This document shows positions 29,112-38,562 of a stretch of 64,000 nt of DNA, one piece after another; position 1 is the stretch's first letter; every line of letters starts with the position of its first letter. The notes below the pieces were generated by a model that saw nothing but the letters and a program-made list of their open reading frames with translations, was not told the DNA's origin and did not search any database. This DNA comes from a virus. The translations under genes and the position numbers were made by a program. Where the stretch lies: IMG/VR virus record IMGVR_UViG_3300031088_000759; one strand, given 5' to 3'.

Positions 29112-29855
29112 ATGTTTGTACATGAAAAAGATGGTAAGATGGAAGGCTTTACTGATCATACTGAATATTTTTTACATACTGAATGGTGGCGAAACATTTC
29201 AGTGTTTTCGGTAGACAAAGAATTAGCAACAAAAAAATTTAACCAGCAGAAAACATTGCAAAAGATTTTAGTGCTGAACTTGCTTTTAATTCCTGTTGCA
29301 GTAGGAGCTTTTACTGGGTTTAATTATGGGAGCTGGATTGGGGGAATTTTTGCAGGAATTGGAACAGCTTTTGCTATTCTGGTAGGTCTTCTTACAACTG
29401 GTGCTGGCGAGGGAATTGAGGATTTAAATGATCCTAATAGCTTTTATAAAAAATATACAATTAGAAAAGGCAACAACAAAAATGTTGACCTCATCTATCC
29501 TTTAGGAATTCAAGTTTCTTCTGAGCTTTTCGCTGATGGAAATTCTGATTTCTGGAAAAAATTCTTATCGTTATCAACAGATGATCACGAAATGTTAGCA
29601 GAAGCAACTAATATTATGATTATGGAGAATCGTCTCAATGATTCGCTTAACGAGATTGAGCTTTACCTTTCTCAAACAAGAAATAGCATTCTTGAGAAAG
29701 ACGCAAAACAGAAGAGACAAGAAATCTATGAGATTCAATCCCAGCTCCAAAAACGTTTTGACAATTTTGTTCACCAAGTTATGAGTGCCCCTAACAACGA
29801 ATTGGATAAGAAAGTTATCAAAGCAATGTCAGCAGTTGATCAGATAGCTGCGTAA
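29112..29855 (+). CDS. Membrane protein with 2 TM segments and C-terminal coiled coil
   Basis: Hydrophobic Gly-rich hairpin; GAGGAAGG SD. Confidence 0.75.
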   Translation: MFVHEKDGKMEGFTDHTEYFLHTEWWRNISVFSVDKELATKKFNQQKTLQKILVLNLLLIPVAVGAFTGFNYGSWIGGIFAGIGTAFAILVGLLTTGAGEGIEDLNDPNSFYKKYTIRKGNNKNVDLIYPLGIQVSSELFADGNSDFWKKFLSLSTDDHEMLAEATNIMIMENRLNDSLNEIELYLSQTRNSILEKDAKQKRQEIYEIQSQLQKRFDNFVHQVMSAPNNELDKKVIKAMSAVDQIAA

Positions 29856-29880
29856 GACTAGAGACTTGTAACATAAGTGT

Positions 29881-29932
29881 ATGAATATGAGGCTACATCA
29901 TTAAAAAAAACTCGATGTGGCCTCATATTCAT
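29881..29932. terminator. Bidirectional terminator-like hairpin between convergent genes
   Basis: 19-bp stem with one wobble. Confidence 0.65.
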
Positions 29933-29966
29933 GTCAAACATCAAAATTACAAAAACCTAGCACTTT

Positions 29967-30224
29967 TCAATCTAATAAGGAAGCTATCTCTTCAACAGCT
30001 TTTCTTTGAATCCTTTCTTTGTCCTCAAATATTTCGTTCAATTTTATTCGATTATTTTTAAACATTTCTTTAATCTTTTCAAATTCAGTGAGAGTCACAT
30101 AAGAAGTATTGTCAATTGCAAAGGTATTGATATAATCACGCTCAGCAAGCATTTTCAAGTGAAGACGAGATACACTAAGCTCTTTGCTAACATCGTTAAT
30201 CGACATAAAATTATTTTTTTCCAT
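29967..30224 (-). CDS. Small excisionase/MerR-like HTH DNA-binding protein
   Basis: FMSINDVSKELSVSRLHLKMLAERDYI; start MEKNN with GAGGA SD. Confidence 0.55.
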   Translation of the reverse strand: MEKNNFMSINDVSKELSVSRLHLKMLAERDYINTFAIDNTSYVTLTEFEKIKEMFKNNRIKLNEIFEDKERIQRKAVEEIASLLD

Positions 30225-30501
30225 TTTTATCCTCTTCACATTAAAAAAGTTCGGTTAATAAGTAACCATATCATCTTTCAGGTTTTTATCAATTGTTTTT
30301 GACTCTATTCGCTGGTTTTTGTTCATTAATTGAGATCTCATTCATTCGATATATCCTTGAAAATTGAAGTTACATCTCAATATTAACATATAGCCAAAAT
30401 CTTTGTTAAGATAATGTACTGTTAAGGAAATAAATTCTTTAACTATGCAGTAAGCAGTAGAAAATATAGATAACATAAACACTAACGAAGGAGAATATAT
30501 T

Positions 30502-30624
30502 ATGAATAAATTAGTTCTAAATGTAAGTGATAGTGAAGTTAAAGTTTTCGAAGCTGAAACACGCGAGGACTTGGATAGACAAGTTGCTGAATATGTTGAA
30601 GAAACCTATTTGACAACTGTATGA
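30502..30624 (+). CDS. Small acidic protein, 40 aa (not in ORF track)
   Basis: MNKLVLNVSDSEVKVFEAETREDLDRQVAEYVEETYLTTV; AAGGAG SD; terminator follows. Confidence 0.65.
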   Translation: MNKLVLNVSDSEVKVFEAETREDLDRQVAEYVEETYLTTV

Positions 30625-30640
30625 ATTAACAAAGATTGAC

Positions 30641-30681
30641 AAAAAGCAGAGAAGTGCGAAATAATCACTTCTCTGCTTTTT
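30641..30681 (+). terminator. Intrinsic terminator
   Basis: Perfect 16-bp IR aaaaagcagagaagtg/cacttctctgcttttt. Confidence 0.7.
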
Positions 30682-30695
30682 GCTGCTTAAAGTTC

Positions 30696-30723
30696 TTGAC
30701 AAAAACCTTAAAAAATGTATAAT
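30696..30723 (+). promoter_or_regulatory. Sigma70/SigA-type promoter
   Basis: TTGACA-N16-TATAAT. Confidence 0.65.
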
Positions 30724-30763
30724 AAAAATTAAATTATATTCAAAAAAGAGGAATTAAACAATC

Positions 30764-31207
30764 ATGAATGTTAAAAACTTTAAGAAAATGACCAATGAAG
30801 AAATCGAAGATTTTATTACCAATAACGATCACAATGAAGAATATGATGAAGAACACGATCTTGTTCATATCTATTGGGACTGCGAAAAATGCGAAGCTGA
30901 GTCAGAAAAAGAATATCGCTACCAAGTTCTCATTTCAAAAGATTCTGGTAATTTGCCTTTTATGGAAAGATCTATTTCTAAAATCATTTTCGCAGGAGAT
31001 GTAAAAGTTGGAGATTACACTAAATATCTAAGTCGTCCTGGAGTATCTAATTATCCTTATGAATATGCTGAATGTGTAGCATTGTGGTATGATTCAAATC
31101 TTACGGGCAAAGTAACCATAGAATGGAAGAAAACAAACACATCTGATAAGCCTTTCGCTGTTATGTATGACACTCTTGACAATGTCAATATTATCCGTTC
31201 TCTTTAA
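30764..31207 (+). CDS. Hypothetical protein, 147 aa
   Basis: GAGG SD, promoter and terminator bracket the ORF. Confidence 0.72.
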   Translation: MNVKNFKKMTNEEIEDFITNNDHNEEYDEEHDLVHIYWDCEKCEAESEKEYRYQVLISKDSGNLPFMERSISKIIFAGDVKVGDYTKYLSRPGVSNYPYEYAECVALWYDSNLTGKVTIEWKKTNTSDKPFAVMYDTLDNVNIIRSL

Positions 31208-31219
31208 AAAACATTCTAT

Positions 31220-31259
31220 AATAAATCCCTCCAGTATGTTTTAACTGGAGGGATTTATT
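31220..31259. terminator. Bidirectional terminator-like hairpin
   Basis: Perfect 16-bp IR between convergent genes. Confidence 0.7.
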
Positions 31260-31283
31260 GTTTTATGTTTATTACAAGAATTT

Positions 31284-32546
31284 TCAGAAATCATCAACGC
31301 TTAAATCAGGATGATTATCTACCCAAGAAGTTGCCTGGTTTGTACGAACTGATGGATTAGAATGAGGATAAAGATCACTTAACTTGTCAATTTTATACTC
31401 TCTTGATTTTTCATCATATTCTTTATTAATCTCTTGAACCTTTACAGAAGCTTGAGATTTATCTGCTTGTGTAATATTTTCAGCATCTTGAATCTTTCTA
31501 TCATTTCTTAAATAATCATTGTTAAAACGATTTATGCTATTCTCAATATTGGTTTTCTGACGTTTCCTGCCGGATTGCGACAAACCTCTATATTCAGGGT
31601 TCTTATCAAAAACAAAACCTTTCTTATTATTGGACTTTTCATAATCTCTTATCTCATGTAGTTTTTCTACTGCTTCATTACTGCGCTTAAGCAAAACTTT
31701 ATTGGCTTTCTCTAATCTTTGTATCTCTTTATCGTTGTTGATAATTTTGTTCAACTTTTTAATTCTGTTTGAAGGATCAGAAGGTTTAACAGCTTTATTT
31801 GTAAGATTATTGTTTCGCTTAGGCTTATCATCCATTGTTATTGAAGTAGGAATAGAAGCCCAGTCAGGAAGCTCCGGGTTAGAAGCTTTGGAATGATACG
31901 GTTCGTACTTATCAAACTCTTTCAAACCTTCTAAATCGTCTTGAAATTCATCAGGGACTCGATAACGACTTCTTGTATAACTGTCATCATTGTAATAGCC
32001 AGCAATTGTTAAAGTAGAGTCTACATGTTCATCAATATTTACATAATCATGGTCTAAATATGTGTAAGCATCATCATAAGAATAGTCTATATTATTATCT
32101 TCATCATAAGGAACAGCAGCATATTGTTCTACTATAAGATATCCATCACGATCCAAAGCTACATAAGTGCCATAATCGTTAAAGCCTGGGATTCTGTCTA
32201 AACCAATAGTTTGAGCGATATCTTCTTTTAGTTTCTCTTCTTTACCGTGATGTTGATTATGCACATCATTAATGTATTTTCTGATTTCAGATGCTTTTTT
32301 GCCTCTCAATTCTCCAAAACCAATTACATCAGTGTCAAAAACATGATTATCAATATCATATGTTCTATTCTTTGGCTTTTTCAAAGGTTTTTGAACAGTT
32401 TGAGAATTCATTGTTTTCTCATATGCTGATTGTGCTTCTTCTTTTGTCGAAAAATGTTCTGATTCATCCAGACCTAATCGACATTGGATTTTAGCATCAC
32501 ATTTACCGGCACGCCCTGTTTCCTTGTTAAAGTGGTATTTCGCCAT
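31284..32546 (-). CDS. HCCH-module protein, cargo unknown (acidic aromatic region plus coiled coil)
   Basis: MAKYHFNKETGRAGKCDAKIQCRLGLDESEHFSTKEEAQSAYE; AGGAG SD. Confidence 0.82.
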   Translation of the reverse strand: MAKYHFNKETGRAGKCDAKIQCRLGLDESEHFSTKEEAQSAYEKTMNSQTVQKPLKKPKNRTYDIDNHVFDTDVIGFGELRGKKASEIRKYINDVHNQHHGKEEKLKEDIAQTIGLDRIPGFNDYGTYVALDRDGYLIVEQYAAVPYDEDNNIDYSYDDAYTYLDHDYVNIDEHVDSTLTIAGYYNDDSYTRSRYRVPDEFQDDLEGLKEFDKYEPYHSKASNPELPDWASIPTSITMDDKPKRNNNLTNKAVKPSDPSNRIKKLNKIINNDKEIQRLEKANKVLLKRSNEAVEKLHEIRDYEKSNNKKGFVFDKNPEYRGLSQSGRKRQKTNIENSINRFNNDYLRNDRKIQDAENITQADKSQASVKVQEINKEYDEKSREYKIDKLSDLYPHSNPSVRTNQATSWVDNHPDLSVDDF

Positions 32547-32590
32547 AACATTACACTCCTATTTTAATGCTCTATTGTTGTCTTTCCGAA

Positions 32591-33991
32591 TCAGTTAACA
32601 GCTAAAAAGTTTTTAGGCATTTTTGGAGCTGGTTCGTCATAAACCCATCCTGATTCCCAAACTTTACGACGTTCTTCTTCTATTTTGTTTCTATATATTG
32701 CTACTGAATTAAAATTGTTCTCATAAGAATTTTCTATCATTTTAAAAGGTTTAGCAAAATCCTCTAAATCTCTTGAGCCACTTTCGAGTAAGTATTTGTT
32801 AGACTTTAACTCGTGCCCTAGCACACTACCTCTTTCATATGTTCTTTTAACAGTAACGTTTCTTCTTCCTTTTTTCTCCGTAGCATTGTAACTAGCAGTT
32901 CCACGATCAGCAAGTAAATATTCTTTCAATGCTGAGCCATCTTCTAAAAGCTCAGCCTCTTTATAAGCATTCTCCAAAACTTCATACTCTCTGATTTTTC
33001 TATGCGCATCTTTTACTTTGTCAAGATCGTACTTACTATACCTTTTATTATAACTATTAAATTTTTGAACTTCTTCTAATGAAATATTATCAAAATCCTT
33101 GTTCTCTAGCTTGCTTAGTATAGCACCAGCAGCATCAGCTATTTCTTTGTCATTTTTTACACGCTGTATAGCATTTTCATAACTTTGCTTTGAATCACGA
33201 TACTTATCCATATTTTTTCTGTAATCTTCAACATTATTGATAAACCAAGCAGGTGCTTTTCCATCTTCTATCAAAGATCTTTCGTTTTTAAGATGAGTAT
33301 AGTTCTTATTTTTCTCATAATCAGAATGGTACTTATCAAATTGTTCTTTTGTAATTTTATTGTCAAAAACAAAGTAATTGTATGTTGAATCAAAATCATC
33401 ATCATAATCAGTAACATAATTTGGATGTTCAGAAGTAATCTCATTGTTCAGAGCTAAACAACCATCTTCATGGCTATCATAATCCTCGCAATAGCACTCT
33501 CTGTTTCCACCACCTTGACGTGCTGAAACTATGACTACATATTCTGAATCAGGATGAAAGCTGTCTTTGCTAACATTGTATGGTTCTTCTTTAACTAAAT
33601 CATCTATTTTTTCAAAGAAGGTTCCACGAGGTCTCATAACATATGATGACTCCACGAGATAATCATCAGGTGAAACATCTAAAGGTTCCTCGATTTCTCC
33701 TTTCTCAACCTTGTTCAATAACTCATAATGTTTATTCCAAGCACTGACTAGTTTCTTTCTGTTTTCCTGTGAAATACCCGATAAATCAACGTTAACACCG
33801 GAAAGGTTTTGAGAAGTAGAAGCTTTTTGTTTCTTAACAACTGTTGAAAGATTTTGAGTTTCTTCAAAAGCTTTTTGTGCTTCTTCTCTAGTTTCAAAAT
33901 GCTCGGATTCTGTCAAACCTAATCGACATTGCACCTGTGCTTTACATAAACCTGTTTTTCCAGTGTCTCTATTGAAGTGATATTTCGCCAT
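32591..33991 (-). CDS. HCCH-module protein, cargo unknown
   Basis: MAKYHFNRDTGKTGLCKAQVQCRLGLTESEHFETREEAQKAFE; cargo has ARQGGGNRECYC...HPNYVTDYDDDFDSTY. Confidence 0.82.
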   Translation of the reverse strand: MAKYHFNRDTGKTGLCKAQVQCRLGLTESEHFETREEAQKAFEETQNLSTVVKKQKASTSQNLSGVNVDLSGISQENRKKLVSAWNKHYELLNKVEKGEIEEPLDVSPDDYLVESSYVMRPRGTFFEKIDDLVKEEPYNVSKDSFHPDSEYVVIVSARQGGGNRECYCEDYDSHEDGCLALNNEITSEHPNYVTDYDDDFDSTYNYFVFDNKITKEQFDKYHSDYEKNKNYTHLKNERSLIEDGKAPAWFINNVEDYRKNMDKYRDSKQSYENAIQRVKNDKEIADAAGAILSKLENKDFDNISLEEVQKFNSYNKRYSKYDLDKVKDAHRKIREYEVLENAYKEAELLEDGSALKEYLLADRGTASYNATEKKGRRNVTVKRTYERGSVLGHELKSNKYLLESGSRDLEDFAKPFKMIENSYENNFNSVAIYRNKIEEERRKVWESGWVYDEPAPKMPKNFLAVN

Positions 33992-34089
33992 ATTCTTATC
34001 CTTTATGTGTTACAATCTTTACAATCATTTTTCTAAACCATTTTCAGGAACAAATATGGCAATTAATGACCACTGACCCTTATAAGCAA

Positions 34090-34183
34090 GTTTTAGAAAA
34101 AATTCTTCAAAAAACAGAAATACACCCCGAAAAAGACTGGTATAATCTTTGTTTTTCGAGGTGTATTTCTAAGCCGTTTTCAG
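34090..34183 (-). repeat. Conserved intergenic hairpin element, copy 3
   Basis: 19-bp stem 34116-34134/34152-34170 with one G.U pair on the minus strand, 17-nt loop; flanks gttttagaaaaaattctt and aagccgttttcag. Confidence 0.65.
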
Positions 34184-34320
34184 TTGTTGGATATAGTTAA
34201 TTTTTTATCTAATGCTACAGCTTCTGCTTCATCTTTATTACTATAATGAACGCCAGGAGCATAGCAATCCCAGGTATTCTTACAAAAAACAACTTTATTA
34301 AGATTGTCAATATGGTACAT
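34180..34320 (-). CDS. Stand-alone HCCH module, 46 aa, no cargo (not in ORF track)
   Basis: Hand translation MYHIDNLNKVVFCKNTWDCYAPGVHYSNKDEAEAVALDKKLTISNN; GAGGA SD just upstream. Confidence 0.8.
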   Translation of the reverse strand: MYHIDNLNKVVFCKNTWDCYAPGVHYSNKDEAEAVALDKKLTISNN

Positions 34321-34392
34321 TTTTATCCTCATTTTTCAACTCTACAAGAAATACAACCTTCATCTTATCTAAAACGAAAACTTTATTAAACA

Positions 34393-35334
34393 TTAGACAA
34401 ATTTCAGAAAACTTACACTATCATGCAAACCTTGAAAAGTTTGATAACCACAGTTATTGTATTCTCTCTCTACTACACCTTCAGAAATGTCTTTCTCCAA
34501 CTGATCCCAGAAAGCTTCTGAACCAGTACAACCACCTTGATCTTCACCAATATTAACAATCTTAATATGAGGATATTCCTTTTTCACAAGATCATAAACT
34601 TCTTTATCAATTTTCCCATCCATAGGTGCCCAAGACATTACTACATGTGTTATATCTTTGCCATACTTCTTCAAACTCTTCACAGCATCAAGATTTTCTA
34701 TTCCATCATCCGTCTGAACCTTTCCCCAAGACTTATCATCACTCCCAATAGTCTTCACCCCCTCATCACGCATTGCTTTTACCAGGTACCCTTTGCCTGC
34801 CATCGGATCTAAAACAATAGGATCAGAACCACCTAAATCATCTTTCATCTTTTCTTTAAGATTTTTACTAAACCTTTTTGTTATCTTAGCGAAATACCCA
34901 GCATCTTGACAATAAATATGAACAGTCATGCCTAACATGCTTGCATCATAAGAAAATCTTGGAGGAACTTCATCAGGAATATTCCCATTTGAAAAATCTT
35001 CGACAAATTTCTTCTCTACCTCATTAAAAGAGTTAATTTCACGTCCAAAAGATAAGAATTCAGACATTCTTTCAAAGTCTTCAAAAACTTCCTCTGCTTT
35101 CTTGTTTGGCGAAATAACAATAGGAGACAAGAGACTACTCGTGAAACTTTTCTCAACCTTTTTTACTACTGGAAAAGACTTTGTGTTCATAGAATTTTCA
35201 AAAGCAAGTTGTGCTTCTTCACGAGTTTTAAAATGCTCATGGAAATCAGACTTCGTTGCTTTGCAAGTTTCAGGTGTTTTAGCTTGACACCTTCTTGGTA
35301 CACCATCTCTACTAATATGGTATTTTGCTGTCAT
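34393..35334 (-). CDS. HCCH-module protein with SAM-dependent methyltransferase-like cargo
   Basis: KYHISRDGVPRRCQAKTPETCK...HFKTREEAQLAFE; VLDPMAGKGYL, VMSWAP, IGEDQGGCTG. Confidence 0.65.
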   Translation of the reverse strand: MTAKYHISRDGVPRRCQAKTPETCKATKSDFHEHFKTREEAQLAFENSMNTKSFPVVKKVEKSFTSSLLSPIVISPNKKAEEVFEDFERMSEFLSFGREINSFNEVEKKFVEDFSNGNIPDEVPPRFSYDASMLGMTVHIYCQDAGYFAKITKRFSKNLKEKMKDDLGGSDPIVLDPMAGKGYLVKAMRDEGVKTIGSDDKSWGKVQTDDGIENLDAVKSLKKYGKDITHVVMSWAPMDGKIDKEVYDLVKKEYPHIKIVNIGEDQGGCTGSEAFWDQLEKDISEGVVEREYNNCGYQTFQGLHDSVSFLKFV

Positions 35335-35382
35335 CTGAAACCCCTTTTTGAAATATTTTTAAACTTTATGATTCACTTCTTT

Positions 35383-36462
35383 TCACGATTCTTTTGTGAA
35401 ATCCTCATAGGAAATCGGTGTTGGTTGCGAACCTTCATTGTCAAAAATGAGAGGTTTTTCTGTGAATACACCCATCTTAGTTAATTGAGCAATGTTTTCA
35501 GCATTTTTTGAACGGTATTTACTTCCAGGTTGTGTAGCTTGTGATTCTATTATAGAAGATGGCAAATACCTTCCACCTAAGCCTTTTCCGTTTGTAGCGT
35601 AATCGTTCAAGCCAGAAGCATATCTTTGACCAGCGCGTTTTACAGATGTTTTAGGGTCTACATCAATAAAAATAGCTTTTATATTGTTGTATCCTCTATG
35701 TTTTATATCTTCTGTCTTTTCTGTAACACTCCATGCTTTGTTCATAGTCATGTCCATAATAATATTAGAACGCTGAGAAACTAACTTTTCAAAAATCTTA
35801 TCTGTGAGGTCTAATGATTCTTCGTGAATAAGTGCTGAAGCTTCCATAGGTGTTAAACCTTTTACTTCTGGGACCATACCTTTTTCGGCCATTATTTCTT
35901 TAATGTCATCAGCACTTAAAGAAACATAATCTTTCTGATCTATTTCAACATAGTTCTTGATAATGGTTGACTTTCCGGCACCTGCTAATCCACCTGAAAA
36001 GATAATTTCACCATTGTTTTTTGCTATGTTCGATTGTACCATGAATTCTTCAATAATTTCTTCTTGCTGTTTTTTGCGTTTATCTGAGTAATTGTAATAC
36101 CCGTAAGAGGCATTAGCATAATTATTCTCATCACTAGGTGGTGCGTTGCGCATTTTTGAAATTGCTTCTGAAACATACTCTTTTCTTTCGGCAAGTTCGA
36201 TACCAGTTAGGGATCGTTTGCTCAATCTTGCTTCTTCAAGCATTCTTTGCTGATGTTCTGCTTTTTCCTCAAAAGTATTATTGTTCTTTTTTACTAATGG
36301 CTTAAAAGTATTGAATGTTTGTTTCAATTCGTATGCTGATTGAGCAGCTTCAATTGTAGAATAGTGCTCTTTTAAATCTTGTGTAGTTGCTTTGCATGTT
36401 TCAGGTGATTTAGCCTGACATTTTCTTGCTACACCATCTTTACTAATGTGGAATTTGCTCAT
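35383..36462 (-). CDS. HCCH-module protein with zeta-toxin-like P-loop kinase cargo
   Basis: KFHISKDGVARKCQAKSPETCK...HYSTIEAAQSAYE; GGLAGAGKST, SADDIKE, IHEES, NIIMDMTM, IFIDVD...RAGQRY, GRYLP. Confidence 0.8.
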   Translation of the reverse strand: MSKFHISKDGVARKCQAKSPETCKATTQDLKEHYSTIEAAQSAYELKQTFNTFKPLVKKNNNTFEEKAEHQQRMLEEARLSKRSLTGIELAERKEYVSEAISKMRNAPPSDENNYANASYGYYNYSDKRKKQQEEIIEEFMVQSNIAKNNGEIIFSGGLAGAGKSTIIKNYVEIDQKDYVSLSADDIKEIMAEKGMVPEVKGLTPMEASALIHEESLDLTDKIFEKLVSQRSNIIMDMTMNKAWSVTEKTEDIKHRGYNNIKAIFIDVDPKTSVKRAGQRYASGLNDYATNGKGLGGRYLPSSIIESQATQPGSKYRSKNAENIAQLTKMGVFTEKPLIFDNEGSQPTPISYEDFTKES

Positions 36463-36522
36463 TTTTACCTCATGTTTGATACTTTTATTGACTAATCTTA
36501 TTTCTAATAATATTGCAAAATA

Positions 36523-36560
36523 AAGAACAAAGACAAAACTTGAATCTTGTCTTTGTTCTT
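36523..36560 (-). terminator. Terminator-like hairpin between the HAD and zeta cargo genes
   Basis: Perfect 14-bp IR. Confidence 0.6.
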
Positions 36561-36593
36561 ATCTTTTTAAATCAAGGCAACGAAGCTTATGAA

Positions 36594-37490
36594 TCAATCT
36601 CGAATGATAAGTGAGGCTTCTACTGATGATTCTGTTTCTTCACTAGGGTCAACAAGAGTTGAATGGTGAGAGTTATCAAATAGCGGCTTATCACTGGTTG
36701 TGTCACCAAATGCTAAAATCCTTTTGAACCTGTTGATTCCCAGTTTTTCAATGTAGCCTTGTTTTGCTTTTCCGCCGAACATACCTTCAATCATACCGTT
36801 GAGAGAACCATCTTCATCAGTAAGGTATTCACTACCCTTACCAAAAAACCCATTTCGTTCGGCAAAAGGCTGAACAAGGAAGTTTGGGGAACCACTGATA
36901 AGCTGAATTTCCCATCCACGACGCTTAAACTCTTTCAACTGATCCATAGTTGAATAGAATTGATTATCGTTTTGTTCATAACCATCTAAGAATTCTTCTA
37001 CTTTAAGATCTTCGATTTTCATACCATGAATCTGTTCACGATACTTTTCAGCAAGTTTCACAATAACTTTTTCGTTTTTTGGGTTTTTCTTCCATTTTTT
37101 AGGAAGATTGCCCAAATCAATTGCTCCGCTATCATGAAGATAAATAGCATGGTCAAGAACTAATGAGCCACGAGTCAAGGTTCCGTCAACATCAGAAAGA
37201 ACGGCATATTTTGCTTGAGGGTCATGTGGGACCTCAATTTCTTCTGGTGTAATAGAGAATTCTCTATCCTTGTATTCTTCTTGTACACGTGGACGTTCGT
37301 TTTCAGGAACGTTTTCAATACTCTTGTTAACACCATCCAAAGGGTTGTTCATTTCATTCATATATTTTTCATAATTTTCACGAACTTCTTTTTCGGATTC
37401 ACCATGAGCTACTACATCAGAAAGTCTGCACTGTTTCTGAGCTTTACAAATAGAAGGTGTTCCATCTTTACTAATATGCCAATTCGTCAT
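36594..37490 (-). CDS. HCCH-module protein with HAD-IB (SerB-like) phosphatase cargo
   Basis: Start MTNWHISKDGTPSICKAQKQCRLSDVVAHGES; SDVDGTLT, LISGSP, K, AFGDTTSDKPL. Confidence 0.82.
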   Translation of the reverse strand: MTNWHISKDGTPSICKAQKQCRLSDVVAHGESEKEVRENYEKYMNEMNNPLDGVNKSIENVPENERPRVQEEYKDREFSITPEEIEVPHDPQAKYAVLSDVDGTLTRGSLVLDHAIYLHDSGAIDLGNLPKKWKKNPKNEKVIVKLAEKYREQIHGMKIEDLKVEEFLDGYEQNDNQFYSTMDQLKEFKRRGWEIQLISGSPNFLVQPFAERNGFFGKGSEYLTDEDGSLNGMIEGMFGGKAKQGYIEKLGINRFKRILAFGDTTSDKPLFDNSHHSTLVDPSEETESSVEASLIIRD

Positions 37491-37694
37491 AAACTCTACC
37501 TTTGTTAAATATATTCTATCATAAGCTTTTCTAAAAACATTTGAAAACAATGCTATATCATCAAAAAAACTTATTCTACAACAGTATCAATTTCGGTTAA
37601 TGATAGCACATAAAATTCACAAAAGTCAAAAACTTAGCATTACTTAACTTATCTCATCTACAGTGCTAAATATCTTTTATTTTGAAATTTACAC

Positions 37695-38414
37695 TCAGAA
37701 AAACTTTGGCAAAGATACAGGATTTCTTAATGAGTTATTTTTCCAATTGTACACTAACCAGGCAGTTCTTCCGTTTCCGTCAACAAAGCCATGAATCCAT
37801 AATTGTTGTTTTGTGAATTCCTCAGCAGTTAATTGATCACCATATTCATAAAGATTGAACATTAATCTTTCAACATCATTATGGTTTGCTGAACTTCCTC
37901 CAGAAACAAAAGTCACAGGAGTTGAACGATATTTTCCTCTATTATCCGGTTCAACAACACCAGCTAATTTTTCAATATATTTATAATCAATAGGAACATT
38001 ATTCTGTGAATCTTCAGAAAACTTATTATATCCTTCAATCAATGTTTTAGCTCGCTCAACACCAACACTCTGTTTCACACATTCTTCCATAACTCTGTTC
38101 ACAACATTCGCTGGATTGTCAGTGTGTTTTTTATTGACATCTGAAATTAATTCTTTATGAATACGTGAATCTGACAATTCAGCGTATTTTTCATCAGTGG
38201 TATTTTGCCTTAGAGATTTCATAGTTTCTTTATCAAAAGTTGAAACTGAGGATATTGTTCCATAATCATTTGACAACATATTTTCTAATTTTAAGGATGC
38301 TTTACTCTTATTTTCGAAGTGAAGTTCAGTGTTGCTTACGGGGCAGTTTCCGGGTTTAGCATTGCAAATCCCTACTTCTTTTGTCTCATTGTTTATATGA
38401 TATTTTGTAGCCAT
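37695..38414 (-). CDS. HCCH-module protein with Fic/Doc domain cargo
   Basis: KYHINNETKEVGICNAKPGNCPVSNTELHFEN; GKYRSTPV; IHGFVDGNGRTAW. Confidence 0.82.
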   Translation of the reverse strand: MATKYHINNETKEVGICNAKPGNCPVSNTELHFENKSKASLKLENMLSNDYGTISSVSTFDKETMKSLRQNTTDEKYAELSDSRIHKELISDVNKKHTDNPANVVNRVMEECVKQSVGVERAKTLIEGYNKFSEDSQNNVPIDYKYIEKLAGVVEPDNRGKYRSTPVTFVSGGSSANHNDVERLMFNLYEYGDQLTAEEFTKQQLWIHGFVDGNGRTAWLVYNWKNNSLRNPVSLPKFF

Positions 38415-38533
38415 AATTTAGCCGACCTTTTAATATGTTTTTGAATATTTTCAGTAATATTTCTATATAACTATAAATATTCAAAAAGCAACAAGCTATT
38501 TGCTTTTAAAAATAAATAAAACACTATATTTTC

Positions 38534-38562
38534 TTGCTCTAACAAAATATGTATGATATAGT
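38534..38562 (+). promoter_or_regulatory. Extended -10 sigma70-type promoter
   Basis: TTGCTC-N17-TATAGT with TG at -15/-14. Confidence 0.6.
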
